DNA of 64,000 nucleotides from Gemmatimonadota bacterium (GCA_039586795.1 JBDHJS010000016.1:81617-145616); one strand, 5' to 3'; shown: positions 19,949 to 30,562, numbered from the stretch's first letter. Made by a program: numbers and translations. The notes: a model not told the origin generated them from the letters alone.

Positions 19949-22624
19949 ATGGGGACCGGGAACAAAGACACAGAGCTAGCGCCGCGATTCCAGCCGCAGG
20001 CCTTCGAGAGCAAGACCTACGCGCACTGGTGGGATCAGGGCTATTTCGGCGCTGACCGGCACGCCGAGGCGGACACCTACGTCATCGTCATGCCTCCGCC
20101 GAACGTCACCGCAGAGCTCCACATGGGCCACGGGCTCAACAACACCATCCAGGACGTGCTGATCCGTTGGCGACGGATGCAGGGTCGTCAGGCGCTTTGG
20201 GTCCCGGGGACGGATCACGCTGGGATCGCCACGCAGAACGTGGTCGAACGCCAGTTGACGGCCGAAGGGAAGACGCGCTGGGACCTCGGCCGCGAGGCGT
20301 TCGTCGAGCGGGTCTGGGATTGGGTTCGTGAGACGGGTGGCACGATCCTCGACCAGCTAAAAGCGATCGGCAGCTCCGCCGATTGGGACCACACGACGTT
20401 CACGCTGGACCCCGGACCGAGTCGGGCGGTCAGAGAGGTCTTTGTTCGCCTTTACGACAAAGGCCTGGTGTACAGGGGCCACTACATCGTGAACTGGTGC
20501 CCGCGCTGTGCGACGGCGTTGGCCAACGAAGAGGTCGAGCACGAAGACACCGAGGGCTCGCTGTACTATCAGCGCTACCCGGTCGTCGGCGAAGATACGT
20601 ATGTCGTGGTCGCCACCACGCGACCGGAGACGATGCTCGGCGACACGGCCGTCGCCGTTCACCCGGACGACGAGCGCCACAAGCATATGATCGGTAAGAC
20701 GGTCATGTTGCCGCTGGCTGAGCGCGAAATACCGATCATCTCCGACGACTTCGTCGACCCCGAGTTCGGCACGGGCTTCGTAAAGGTCACGCCGTCACAC
20801 GACCCAAACGACTTCGAGATCGGACTGCGCCACGATCTGGATCAGGTCGACATCTTCCACCCTGACGCCACGATGAGCGACGCGGTTCCCGAGCGCTTTC
20901 GAGGCAAGGACCGCTTCGCCGCTCGCGAAGGAGTGGTAGAGGAGCTGAAGAGCAAGGGGTTGCTCGAAAAGGTCGAAAAGCACGCGCACTCCGTCGGTCA
21001 CTGCTACCGCTGTGACACGGTGGTCGAGCCGCGCGTCTCGGATCAATGGTTCGTCAAGATGAAGCCGTTGGCCGAGCCGGCCCTCGATGCCTATCGGAAG
21101 GGCGAGGTCCGTTTCGTGCCCGAGCACTGGGGCGGCGTATACGAGAACTGGCTGAGCGGCGTCCGCGATTGGTGCATCTCGCGCCAGCTCTGGTGGGGTC
21201 ACCGCATACCCGTTTGGTATTGCGGCTCCTGCGACGCGATGCTCGTGCGGCGCGAGGACCCGACGACGTGTAGCGAGTGTGGTAGTGGCGAACTTCAGCA
21301 GGACCCGGACGTCCTCGATACCTGGTTCTCGTCCTGGCTTTGGCCGTTCAACACTTTGGGTTGGCCCGAGGAGACCGAAGATCTGAAGAGGTTCTATCCC
21401 GGGCACACGTTGGTGACCGCGCCCGAGATAATCTTCTTTTGGGTGTCTCGCATGATCATGGCCGGCCTGGAGTTCATGGGCGAAGTGCCGTTCAACGATG
21501 TGTATCTGCATGGTACCGTGCGGGACCATACCGGTCGACGCATGTCGAAGTCGCTGGGCAATGGGATCGATCCACTGGAGGTCGTTCGTATCTTCGGCGC
21601 GGACGCGCTCCGCTTCACGCTGACCAACGGAATGGGCATCGGCGCCGATCTGCAGCTCAACAACGAGGATCTCGAGGAGTCGTTTCACGTCGGGCGCAAC
21701 TTCGGCAACAAGATCTGGAACGCCATGCGGTTCGCGCTCCCGCACCTGGAGGGCGATGTCGATCCGCTTCCCGATCCCGATCAGTTGGAGCTCGCCGACC
21801 GCTGGATCCTCGCCCGACTGAACAGCGCCATCCGCGAGGTGACAGACGACCTGGAGCGCTTCCGTCTCCACGAGGCGGCCGCGGAGCTGTACCGCTATTT
21901 CTGGAACGAGCTGTGCGATTGGTATTTGGAATTGATCAAGCCACGGCTCTACAACGAGTCGGATGCGGAAGCCCGCGGAGTCGCTCGCTCCGTGTTGCGC
22001 GAAGTGCTCGACCTGAGCTTCAGGCTGCTGCATCCCATCATGCCGTTCATCACGGAGGAACTCTGGCAGCGACTCCCGAACCGGGCGGCGGATAGCATCA
22101 TGATTAGCGCCTGGCCGCAGCCGGTCGCAGAGTGGGAGGACGCTGAGGCGGAAGCGGCGATCGGGCAGCTGCAAGAGACGCTAGGTGCCGTCCGCAATAT
22201 TCGCAGCGAGTACAACGTTGCCCACGGCCGCCAGATCGACGTGATGATACGCGCTGCCGAGGCGCCACTCCTTCGCGCGCTCGATGCGGAAGGTGACGCG
22301 GCACGCCGGCTTGGCGGCATCGGGGGACTATCGTTTGATGGCGAGCTGCACGGCGCGGAGGCGACGGCGGTTCTCACTTCGGGAGCCGAGGTCCACGTCC
22401 CCCTCGAGGGCCTCATCGATCTCGAGCGGGAGCGTGCCCGGCTCGACAAGCAGGCCGACGAGCTCCGTAACCTCGTCGAGCGGTCGGAGAAACGCCTCGC
22501 CAGTGAGGACTTCGTCAAGAAGGCGCCCGAGGCGGTCGTCGCCCAGTCCCGGGACAAGCTCGAAGGACTGAAGGAGCAGCTCACGAAGGTCGATGAGAAA
22601 CGCCGGGCGCTGGATGCGCACTGA
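19949..22624 (+). CDS. valS: Valine--tRNA ligase
   Basis: PPPNVTAELHMGH, GTDHAGIATQ, DWCISRQLWWGH, RMSKS, C-terminal coiled coil; start chosen at ATG 19949. Confidence 0.97.
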   Translation: MGTGNKDTELAPRFQPQAFESKTYAHWWDQGYFGADRHAEADTYVIVMPPPNVTAELHMGHGLNNTIQDVLIRWRRMQGRQALWVPGTDHAGIATQNVVERQLTAEGKTRWDLGREAFVERVWDWVRETGGTILDQLKAIGSSADWDHTTFTLDPGPSRAVREVFVRLYDKGLVYRGHYIVNWCPRCATALANEEVEHEDTEGSLYYQRYPVVGEDTYVVVATTRPETMLGDTAVAVHPDDERHKHMIGKTVMLPLAEREIPIISDDFVDPEFGTGFVKVTPSHDPNDFEIGLRHDLDQVDIFHPDATMSDAVPERFRGKDRFAAREGVVEELKSKGLLEKVEKHAHSVGHCYRCDTVVEPRVSDQWFVKMKPLAEPALDAYRKGEVRFVPEHWGGVYENWLSGVRDWCISRQLWWGHRIPVWYCGSCDAMLVRREDPTTCSECGSGELQQDPDVLDTWFSSWLWPFNTLGWPEETEDLKRFYPGHTLVTAPEIIFFWVSRMIMAGLEFMGEVPFNDVYLHGTVRDHTGRRMSKSLGNGIDPLEVVRIFGADALRFTLTNGMGIGADLQLNNEDLEESFHVGRNFGNKIWNAMRFALPHLEGDVDPLPDPDQLELADRWILARLNSAIREVTDDLERFRLHEAAAELYRYFWNELCDWYLELIKPRLYNESDAEARGVARSVLREVLDLSFRLLHPIMPFITEELWQRLPNRAADSIMISAWPQPVAEWEDAEAEAAIGQLQETLGAVRNIRSEYNVAHGRQIDVMIRAAEAPLLRALDAEGDAARRLGGIGGLSFDGELHGAEATAVLTSGAEVHVPLEGLIDLERERARLDKQADELRNLVERSEKRLASEDFVKKAPEAVVAQSRDKLEGLKEQLTKVDEKRRALDAH

Positions 22625-22656
22625 GGATTCGGGGATTCGGGTATTACGGGATTCGG
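22625..22656 (+). repeat. Short tandem octamer repeat directly after the valS stop
   Basis: GGATTCGG GGATTCGG GTATTACG GGATTCGG. Confidence 0.6.
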
Positions 22657-22676
22657 GGCGTGGGAGTCGAGGGACT

Positions 22677-24026
22677 TTGATATCGCGTGTGGTTGCAGCT
22701 GCAGGACTGAGCGCTCTGGTAGTGGCTCTGCTGTTGCCGGTCACTGTCGGAGTGCAGAGCTGTGCTCACGTGATTGCGCCGGCAGGCGGGCCGCCCGACT
22801 CAACACCGCCGCTGCTCATTCTGGTCGATCCGGACAGCTTCTCGGTCATGACCGAGTTCAGAGGTAATCGTGGCGAAGTGCGCTTCGAGTTCGATGAGCC
22901 GATCTCGGAGCGGAACATAGTCGGCTCGACTATGGTCTACCCGTTCGATCTGCGGCCGCACACGTGGAAGGGCAAGCGCAATCTCCGCGTGCGCCCGAGG
23001 GAAGGTTGGGTCGAGGACAGGATCTACCACATCCGCGTTGAGCCGGTAATCCAGGATCTCTTCGGCAATCGCATACGCGAGCCAATCCTCTACACGATTT
23101 CCACAGGGCTGCCCATCAATCAGAACGTCGTGATGGGCACCGTCTACGACCGAATCACAGGTCTGACGCACACGAACTCGCGGATCGACTTGGTCACTCT
23201 GCCCGACACACTACGCTACGGCGGGGTCTCCGACTCGGTAGGCGATTTCTCTGTGGGCGTGCTGCCAGCGGGTGATTACTACGCCATCGGCTATGAAGAT
23301 GTGAACGGGAACCAACGCGCAGATGGCTTTGACCGGTCGGATACCCTGCGCGTCACGCTGGGAAGCCTCGACACCCTGACGCTCGAGTTCAACGTCTTTC
23401 ATCACGATACGCTCGGTCCCGTGCTCGGTCAGGTGGATGTCCTTGACTCGCTGACGCTGTCGCTGGGCTTCGATGGCTTCCTCGATCCGGATACTCCGCT
23501 CGCGATCCAGAGCGTGCAGATCTTCGTCGCTCAAGACAGCCTGCCCGTCGGCCCGCCGCTCGTCGTCGACAGCTTGATGCACAATTGGCAGTTCACGATC
23601 TACATGGACTCGATTCAGCAGGTCGAGCAGGTGCGGCTCGACTCGATCGCCGCGGCGGAGGCGGAAGAGGAGGCGCGTCGGGCGGTCGCCGCGGACTCGG
23701 CTGCCGGCGCGGATAGCGCGGCCGTCGTCGAGGCGCCGCCACCGGGGCAGGTCAGGGCGGGACCGCGTACGCTGCAGCTCGAGGAGCCCGCAGAGGACTC
23801 CGTAGTCGTGCCGCAGCGGCTGCCCGACCCGCGTATCTTCGTGATCATGGCCGAGGCGATTCCGCCGGGTACGTACATCGTCGTCGCGACGCGCATCGTC
23901 AATCTCAACCGGCTCGAAGGCGGCGGTGAGATGATTTTTGAAATAGAGGAGCCGGAGCGCGAAGATGCGGAAAATGAGGAAGGACCGCCGGGTTCGCCGG
24001 CCAGGCCCAGGGAGAACGATCTGTGA
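22677..24026 (+). CDS. Ig-like (Big_5) domain lipoprotein
   Basis: Signal plus QSCA...PAGGPPDSTPP, FEFDE, IQDLFGN; TTG start at 22677 with GAGGGA RBS. Confidence 0.75.
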   Translation: MISRVVAAAGLSALVVALLLPVTVGVQSCAHVIAPAGGPPDSTPPLLILVDPDSFSVMTEFRGNRGEVRFEFDEPISERNIVGSTMVYPFDLRPHTWKGKRNLRVRPREGWVEDRIYHIRVEPVIQDLFGNRIREPILYTISTGLPINQNVVMGTVYDRITGLTHTNSRIDLVTLPDTLRYGGVSDSVGDFSVGVLPAGDYYAIGYEDVNGNQRADGFDRSDTLRVTLGSLDTLTLEFNVFHHDTLGPVLGQVDVLDSLTLSLGFDGFLDPDTPLAIQSVQIFVAQDSLPVGPPLVVDSLMHNWQFTIYMDSIQQVEQVRLDSIAAAEAEEEARRAVAADSAAGADSAAVVEAPPPGQVRAGPRTLQLEEPAEDSVVVPQRLPDPRIFVIMAEAIPPGTYIVVATRIVNLNRLEGGGEMIFEIEEPEREDAENEEGPPGSPARPRENDL

Positions 24027-25429
24027 GAGACACGCGGCGGCAAATCCCTAGTGTCGACTCGATGTTGGGCTCGGATGAATTCGCGGAGCTCCTCGCTACG
24101 CGCACTCGCTCCCTCGTAGTCGAAGCCACGCGGCGCGCTCTGGCCCGTGCACGCGAGGAGATGGCGACGGGAGCTCGCGACCGAGCGCCAAGCACCGCGG
24201 AGGTCGCGGCCGAAACCCGGGCCGAGCTCGAAGCGATGGATCGTCCCTCGCTGCGGCGGGTGATCAACGCGACCGGTATACCGCTGCACACCAATCTGGG
24301 GCGCGCACCGCTCCCCGCTGTCGCCCGTTGGGCGCTGGAAGACGCGGCGCTGGGGTACAGCAACCTGGAGTACGACCTGGAGCAGGGCACGCGAGGGTCT
24401 CGCAACGATCACTGTACGGACCTGCTGTTGGAGCTGACGGGCGCTGAAGACGCGCTGGTGGTCAACAACAACGCCGCCGCGGTCGTCCTCGCCCTGAACG
24501 AGCTTGCCGAAGGGCTCGAGGTCATCATCTCTCGAGGCGAGCTCGTCGAAATCGGCGGCTCGTTCAGAGTGCCCGAGATCGTATCGAGGAGCGGGGCGCG
24601 CCTGGTCGAAGTAGGCGCCACGAATCGAACCCATCCCCAGGACTACGAGAAGGCGATCACCACAGACACGGCTGCGCTGCTGAAGGTGCATCGGTCGAAC
24701 TTCCGGCAATTGGGCTTCGTCACTGATGTCGCTGTGGAGCACCTGGTCGGGGTCGCGCACAGGCACGAGTTGCCTGTAGTTCACGACCTGGGTTCAGGGC
24801 TGCTGCCCGACGCGAACAAGGTGTTCGGCTTACCGTGGGAGCCGAGCGTCAGCGACTCGCTGAACGCCGGCGTTGATGTGGTAACCTTCAGCGCCGATAA
24901 GCTTCTGGGCGGTCCCCAGGCGGGGATCATCCTGGGTCGTGAAAAGCTGGTGTCTCGCATGCGCGCCAACCCTTTGCTGCGCGCGCTCCGGGTCGGCAAG
25001 CTGACGTTGACAGCACTCGAGGCGACGCTGCGGCTTTGGCGGGATCTGGGCAACGCGGTCACCGAGATACCGGTCATCACGATGATCGCGCAGAGCAGTG
25101 AACAGCTGCGGAAGCGCGCGGAGCGAATCTCGACAGCGCTTCGCGATCGAAACAGAGATGTGGATATCGCGATGTTCGAGGACACGACGGAGGTGGGCGG
25201 CGGTTCATATCCTGGCGTCCAGCTCGAGACGTGGGTGCTGCGAATCTCCGTCGAGGGCCGATCGGAGAACGACTTGGAGGCCGCCTGCAGGGCAGGTGAT
25301 CCTCCGGTCGTCGCCAGGGTGAGCGATGGAGCACTCTGCATCGACCCTCGCACCGTCCTGCCCCACGAGGAGCTCGACCTGATCAACGCCGTAACCAAGG
25401 TGCTGGGTGGAGATGAGCCAGGACCATAG
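24023..25429 (+). CDS. selA: L-seryl-tRNA(Sec) selenium transferase
   Basis: VINATGIPLHTNLGRAP, VNNNAAAV, SRGELVEIGGSFR, EVGATNRT, DLGSG, FSADKLLGGPQAG. Confidence 0.96.
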   Translation: MRDTRRQIPSVDSMLGSDEFAELLATRTRSLVVEATRRALARAREEMATGARDRAPSTAEVAAETRAELEAMDRPSLRRVINATGIPLHTNLGRAPLPAVARWALEDAALGYSNLEYDLEQGTRGSRNDHCTDLLLELTGAEDALVVNNNAAAVVLALNELAEGLEVIISRGELVEIGGSFRVPEIVSRSGARLVEVGATNRTHPQDYEKAITTDTAALLKVHRSNFRQLGFVTDVAVEHLVGVAHRHELPVVHDLGSGLLPDANKVFGLPWEPSVSDSLNAGVDVVTFSADKLLGGPQAGIILGREKLVSRMRANPLLRALRVGKLTLTALEATLRLWRDLGNAVTEIPVITMIAQSSEQLRKRAERISTALRDRNRDVDIAMFEDTTEVGGGSYPGVQLETWVLRISVEGRSENDLEAACRAGDPPVVARVSDGALCIDPRTVLPHEELDLINAVTKVLGGDEPGP

Positions 25430-25955
25430 GCGCATTGCCGCCTTTCTCGATCGGGACGGCACCGTCATCTACGAGCGGGGTGACCTGGGTCATCCGGACG
25501 GGGTGGAGCTGATCCCGGGATCCGCCGACGCGATCCGGCGACTGAAAGAAGCCGGGTTTCTCATCGTCATCGTCACGAACCAGTCGGGTATCGCACGCGG
25601 CTTGTTCACAGAGGACGATTTCCGCGCCGTTCAGGGTCGCATGATCGAGATGCTCGCCGCCGAAGGCGTCACGCTGGATCGCGTCTACTTCTGCCCGCAC
25701 CATCCGGATGTGGGCGGTCCGTGTGACTGCCGGAAGCCGGGGCAGGGGATGTACCGGCGCGCTGAGAAAGAGCTCGGTATAGATCTTTCGAGATCTCTAT
25801 ACGTCGGAGATCGGTGGCGCGATGTGGGTGTTACGGAGGATGTTGGCGGTAGGGCCTACCTGGTTGCGACGGGCGCGGGTGGGGCAGGGGCGCCGGAGGG
25901 GGTTGAGGTTGTGCGGGATTTGGCTGAGGCGGTTGATTTGTTTTTGGGCAGTTGA
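25413..25955 (+). CDS. gmhB: D-glycero-D-manno-heptose 1,7-bisphosphate phosphatase (HAD IIIA)
   Basis: FLDRDGT, VTNQSGIARG, CPHHP...CDCRKP, VGDRWRD. Confidence 0.85.
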   Translation: MSQDHRRIAAFLDRDGTVIYERGDLGHPDGVELIPGSADAIRRLKEAGFLIVIVTNQSGIARGLFTEDDFRAVQGRMIEMLAAEGVTLDRVYFCPHHPDVGGPCDCRKPGQGMYRRAEKELGIDLSRSLYVGDRWRDVGVTEDVGGRAYLVATGAGGAGAPEGVEVVRDLAEAVDLFLGS

Positions 25956-25986
25956 ACAGTGAACATTGTCCAATGTTCAGTGTTCA
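25953..25986. repeat. Near-perfect palindrome of heptamer units between gmhB and purN
   Basis: TGAACAGTGAACATTG-TC-CAATGTTCAGTGTTCA, 15/16 complementary. Confidence 0.75.
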
Positions 25987-26028
25987 CCCGACATTAAGAG
26001 ACGTTTCACGGTCAAGAAAGGCTCCACC

Positions 26029-26742
26029 GTGCCCATTCCCGCTGTTTCCGTCTTCGCCTCCGGCGGCGGCTCTAACCTGCAGGCGCTCCTCGACGCCTTT
26101 GGCGCCGACGGCAGCCCCGATGATTCGTGCCGCATCGCCCTCGTCATAGCCGATCGAGCCGAGATCGGTGCCCTCGCCCGCGCCGAAAGGCAGGGTGTGC
26201 CCACGGCGATCATAAGACCGAAGGACTACGACGGGCTCGATGCCTTCGGCCAGGCGCTGCTCGACGCTTTGAGCGAGCACGGCATTGATATCATCGCGCT
26301 GGCCGGATACCTGAAGCTAATACCGGAAAACGTCGTCCAGGCCTTTCGCAACAAGATCATCAACATCCACCCCGGCCCGCTCCCAGGCTTTGGCGGCTCC
26401 GGCATGTGGGGCCACCACGTGCACGAAGCCGTGATCAAGGCTAATGTGCAGGTCTCGGGACCCACGATTCACTTCGTCGACGAGCGCTACGACACAGGGC
26501 CGATCATAGCGCAGTGGCCCGTGCCCGTGTTCAGCGACGACACTCCCGACAGCCTGGCGGCAAGGGTGCTCAAGTACGAGCACCGATTGTACCCTTCGGT
26601 CCTCGGAGCCGTCGCCCGCGGCGACATACAGGTCGACGATGCGGGGCGGGTCTACCGTAACGCCGGTATCGAGGAGTCGGGATTTCAGCTGACGGAAGAA
26701 GAGGTGTCGCTCGCCAGCAGCGAGCGAGCTTGGAAGCGATAA
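26029..26742 (+). CDS. purN: Phosphoribosylglycinamide formyltransferase
   Basis: VFASGGGSNLQALL, LAGYLK, INIHPG, HFVDERYDTGPII; GTG start at 26029. Confidence 0.93.
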   Translation: MPIPAVSVFASGGGSNLQALLDAFGADGSPDDSCRIALVIADRAEIGALARAERQGVPTAIIRPKDYDGLDAFGQALLDALSEHGIDIIALAGYLKLIPENVVQAFRNKIINIHPGPLPGFGGSGMWGHHVHEAVIKANVQVSGPTIHFVDERYDTGPIIAQWPVPVFSDDTPDSLAARVLKYEHRLYPSVLGAVARGDIQVDDAGRVYRNAGIEESGFQLTEEEVSLASSERAWKR

Positions 26743-26766
26743 CCACAGGAACTCACGGAGGCTACC

Positions 26767-28347
26767 GTGCCACGCGCCGTACTGAGTGTTTATGACAAAA
26801 CAGGGATCGGCGAGTTCGCTCGCGGACTCTCGAATCTGGGTTTCGAGATCCTGTCCACCGGCGGCACCGCCAGGGCCATCCGCGAGGCTGGCGTCGAAGT
26901 GAAGAGCGTCAGCGACGCCACTGGTTTCCCGGAGATCCTTGGCGGTCGAGTCAAAACGCTGCACCCGGTTATCGCTGGCGGGATCCTGGCGCGTCGTGAT
27001 GTCGAGAGCGACGTCAAAGAACTCAAGAAGCAGAAGATCGAGCCGATCGACGTCGTCGCCGTCAATCTGTATCCGTTCGAGGATACGATCGCCAAGGAAG
27101 GCGTCACGCTGGGTGATGCCCTCGAGCAGATCGATATCGGCGGTCCGACCATGCTCCGCGAAGCGGCGAAGAACCACCCCCACGTCACCGTCATCTGCGA
27201 CCCATCCGACTATGATGATGCGCTTGCCAAGCTCAAAGCCGGTGAAGTCGATGCCGACTGGCGCCGTATGCTCGCCGTGAAAGTCTTCCGGCACACCAGC
27301 GGTTACGATTCGGCCATCTCCCATTATCTGTCGGAGGGAGCGGCAGAGTTCCCGCCCGATTTCTCGGTGCGCCTGCAGAAGATTCAGGATTGTCGATATG
27401 GCGAGAATCCCGACCAGGCGGCGGCGTTCTATCGACTCGCCGACACACCCGGTCTGCGTGGCATCGCCGCGCTCAAGCAGCATCACGGCAAGGAGCTCTC
27501 CTATAACAATATCCTGGACCTCGACGGCGCTTTGATGTCGCTGTCACCGTTCGCCAAGTCGAGCCGGCCCGCCTGCGCCATCATCAAGCATACGACACCT
27601 TGCGGCATTGCGGTGGGCGACACCGTAGTCCAGGCCTACAAGCGCGCGTTGTCGACGGACCCCACCAGCGCCTTTGGGTCCGTCATCGCGATGAACCACG
27701 AGGTCGACGCCGAAGCCGCCGAGTCGATTGCCGAGCTGTTCGTCGAGTGCCTGGTCGCGCCCGGCTACACCAGGGACGCGATGGAAGTCCTCACCGCGAA
27801 GAAGAACCTGCGTATCCTCAGCTTCCCCGACGTAGCGGCGACGTACCTGGTCGATCGCGGCCACCTGGAAGGCAACCTGGAGCTGCGTGGCGTGCCGGGT
27901 GGCGCGCTGTTGCAGACCCGGTCCGACCCGCCGTACCCGGGCGAGGACGAGGGCTGGCGGACCGTGACGAAGCGGAAGCCGACGGACGAAGAGATGCGCG
28001 ATCTGCGTTTCGCCTGGGCGGCTATCTGGGGCGTCAAGTCGAACGCGATCTTGCTGGCCCGGGACGAGATGGCGATTGGGATTGGTGCCGGCCAGATGAG
28101 TCGCGTGGACGCTTCCAAACTATCCGCGATGAAAGGCTCGGAAGCCGGACACAAGCCGGAGAAGGGGTGCGTGATGGCGTCCGATGCGTTCTTCCCGTTC
28201 CGTGATGGCATCGACGCGGCGGCCGCCGCGGGCGTGACAGCCGTGGTTCAGCCCGGTGGCTCGATCCGTGATGAAGAGGTCATCGAGGCGGCCGACGAAC
28301 ACAAGATCGCCATGGTGCTCACGGGTCGGCGGTTGTTCCGGCACTAA
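26767..28347 (+). CDS. purH: Bifunctional AICAR transformylase/IMP cyclohydrolase
   Basis: [57 protein letters not shown]. Confidence 0.97.
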   Translation: MPRAVLSVYDKTGIGEFARGLSNLGFEILSTGGTARAIREAGVEVKSVSDATGFPEILGGRVKTLHPVIAGGILARRDVESDVKELKKQKIEPIDVVAVNLYPFEDTIAKEGVTLGDALEQIDIGGPTMLREAAKNHPHVTVICDPSDYDDALAKLKAGEVDADWRRMLAVKVFRHTSGYDSAISHYLSEGAAEFPPDFSVRLQKIQDCRYGENPDQAAAFYRLADTPGLRGIAALKQHHGKELSYNNILDLDGALMSLSPFAKSSRPACAIIKHTTPCGIAVGDTVVQAYKRALSTDPTSAFGSVIAMNHEVDAEAAESIAELFVECLVAPGYTRDAMEVLTAKKNLRILSFPDVAATYLVDRGHLEGNLELRGVPGGALLQTRSDPPYPGEDEGWRTVTKRKPTDEEMRDLRFAWAAIWGVKSNAILLARDEMAIGIGAGQMSRVDASKLSAMKGSEAGHKPEKGCVMASDAFFPFRDGIDAAAAAGVTAVVQPGGSIRDEEVIEAADEHKIAMVLTGRRLFRH

Positions 28348-28484
28348 GATTGGGCCAGGACGCCTCCTATACGGCGTTACAGCACAACTCTCCTGTTCGC
28401 GGCACTGGCTCTCGGATCTTCGAGGTAGCCTCCGCGAATGGCTCGGTATCGGCCATGCAACCATACCCGTGAAGGAATGGCGAT

Positions 28485-28787
28485 ATGAAACTCCTGATCG
28501 ACGTCGGGGGCTGGATCGGGGCCGCGATGATTCTCCTGGCGTACTTTCTGGTTTCAACGCGCCGGGTTCACGGGGCCTCGGTCCGTTACCAGTCCCTCAA
28601 TGTCGTCGGCAGCATTCTGGTCGGCGCCAATGCGCTCTACTACCGTGCGCTGCCGTCATTCAGCATCAACCTTGTCTGGATCGGTATCGCTGTCATGGCG
28701 TTGGTTACCAGACCGCACGGCCCCGAACCGCAGACGATAGAGGGAGAGCCATGGAGAGAGGGAAGGTCGAGCACCCGGGAACATTGA
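28485..28787 (+). CDS. Small membrane protein (CBU_0592-like)
   Basis: GWIGAAMILLAYFL...YQSLNVVGS...INLVW; three TM helices. Confidence 0.75.
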   Translation: MKLLIDVGGWIGAAMILLAYFLVSTRRVHGASVRYQSLNVVGSILVGANALYYRALPSFSINLVWIGIAVMALVTRPHGPEPQTIEGEPWREGRSSTREH

Positions 28788-28980
28788 AATTGCCCGGGTG
28801 GAAGGCGGCTGTAGGTGTCAGAGCGTTAGCGGTGCTATCAGCAGTGCCGGTCGCAGCGCAGTAAATGGAGAGTCCGAACACTTCGCCACTTTGGCGAGCG
28901 CCAGCCTCACGCGCGATGACGAATCAGCCGGAGTGGAAGTCTTACTCCCCATCGCCTACGCGTTCTGATCGGAGGGTGCC

Positions 28981-29994
28981 ATGTCTAGGAATACGATCGA
29001 GGGCATCAAGCCTTACGTTGACAGGAAAGCAGCGGATCGATGCGAGCCGGGCATCTCCCATGCCTACATGGCCAGCCTGGCGACGGCTCTCAACCACATC
29101 GCCGGTGACCTCGACCCTGCCTGGTTGATGGGCGCCAGTGCGTTCGCCTTTCGGTCGTTCATCAACCAGACCTTTTGTCCCAGCGCTATGAGCATCTCCG
29201 ACTGGTCGGTGCTGCCGGAAGCCGTCGAGCAGGCAGGATACCACTGCGTGTATATCGAGCGGTTGTGGAACCAGGAAGAACTGGAGCAGGAACGGCGCGA
29301 GCAGGCACAAGCCGCTATCATCGAGGGGACCGAGAGGGGCTCCGGCGCCGTCGTTTGGGATGTATACGATGACGATTGGGGACTCATCGTCGGATACAGC
29401 GACAAGAAGAAGCGGTACGCGACGTTGTCGGTCGAAGGCAAGAGTTCGACCCTGGCGTATGATCGACTCGGACGGAACGGTATCGACATACTTTCTGTGG
29501 CGATCCCCGGCGAGCCCAACGACCGGGGCCGCGATCAGATCGCGATCAACTCGCTCAAAGCTGCGGTCGCCCATGCGGAGGGTAAGGAGTGGACGGAGCG
29601 GCCAGCCTACGAGAACGGCCTCGCTGGATACGACATGTGGGCCGAGTCTTTCGATAAGTGGGCCCTCATCGTCGGGGCCGGACGCGGCGAACGACTCCCC
29701 AGAGATCTGCCTGACCGGGTACGCTACTACGCCGATGTCCACTATTCGGCACGCTGCTATGCCCGGGATTATCTGCGGGAACTTGCAGCTGACGATGGCG
29801 CTTTACAAGAGGCAGCGTCTTGCTACGAGCAGGTAGCATCCTGCTTGAGACCGGTATGGGAGCAGAGTCCGGAAGTGCCGCGACCTGACGCCGAACTCTT
29901 GCGCGAGTTGGCGGATGCCCTGCGCAGTACCCGGGTCGCGGAAGAGAATGGGGTCACGCGGATCAAGGAATACCTCGCCGCGCATGGCAACTGA
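28981..29994 (+). CDS. Hypothetical protein (possibly BtrH-N/papain-like)
   Basis: 337-aa ORF with GGAGG RBS; LMGASAFAF...CPS and WGLIVGY motifs. Confidence 0.65.
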   Translation: MSRNTIEGIKPYVDRKAADRCEPGISHAYMASLATALNHIAGDLDPAWLMGASAFAFRSFINQTFCPSAMSISDWSVLPEAVEQAGYHCVYIERLWNQEELEQERREQAQAAIIEGTERGSGAVVWDVYDDDWGLIVGYSDKKKRYATLSVEGKSSTLAYDRLGRNGIDILSVAIPGEPNDRGRDQIAINSLKAAVAHAEGKEWTERPAYENGLAGYDMWAESFDKWALIVGAGRGERLPRDLPDRVRYYADVHYSARCYARDYLRELAADDGALQEAASCYEQVASCLRPVWEQSPEVPRPDAELLRELADALRSTRVAEENGVTRIKEYLAAHGN

Positions 29995-30003
29995 GCTGGA
30001 GAG

Positions 30004-30549
30004 ATGAACGAAAAGAGTCCGACCGAGATCGCAACCCTGGGTGGTGGTTGCTTCTGGTGTCTAGAGGCCGCCTTCGAACAGTTGCAGGGTGTTCGCGGAG
30101 TCCAATCCGGCTACTCGGGAGGCGCGCGCCCCAACCCGACCTACGAGCAGGTCTGCAGCGGAGCGACGGGCCACGCGGAGGTCGTGCAGGTCGAGTTCGA
30201 CACCGATACGATCTCATTCCGCGACATACTGGAAGTCTTCTTCACGATCCACGACCCGACCACACTCAATCGTCAGGGCGCTGATGTCGGGACGCAATAC
30301 AGGTCGGTTATCTTCTATCACACGCCCGAGCAGAAAGCCGCGGCAGAGGGATTGATCGGTGAATTGCAGGAGGCGGGCGTGTTCGCTGATCCGATCGTCA
30401 CCGAAATCACCTCCCTCGATGCCTTCTATCCGGCGGAGCACTACCACGACGAATACTTTAGAAGAAACCCACAGCAGCCTTACTGCCAGGTCGTCATCTC
30501 CCCAAAACTCGCCAAGCTAAGGGAGAAATTCGCTGATCGTCTGAAATAG
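30004..30549 (+). CDS. msrA: Peptide methionine sulfoxide reductase A
   Basis: GGGCFWC, GHAEVVQV, HDPTTLNRQGADVGTQYRS, AEHYH. Confidence 0.96.
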   Translation: MNEKSPTEIATLGGGCFWCLEAAFEQLQGVRGVQSGYSGGARPNPTYEQVCSGATGHAEVVQVEFDTDTISFRDILEVFFTIHDPTTLNRQGADVGTQYRSVIFYHTPEQKAAAEGLIGELQEAGVFADPIVTEITSLDAFYPAEHYHDEYFRRNPQQPYCQVVISPKLAKLREKFADRLK

Positions 30550-30562
30550 CGTCTATCCGGGC

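Noticed and set aside
25956..26766. ZTP or purine riboswitch ahead of purN/purH
   Set aside because: The spacers are short and show no ZTP or purine aptamer consensus
7742..30549. Selenocysteine (UGA) recoding in local redox genes, prompted by selA
   Set aside because: trxA (WCGPC) and msrA (GCFWC) have Cys codons, and I saw no convincing in-frame TGA with homologous continuation
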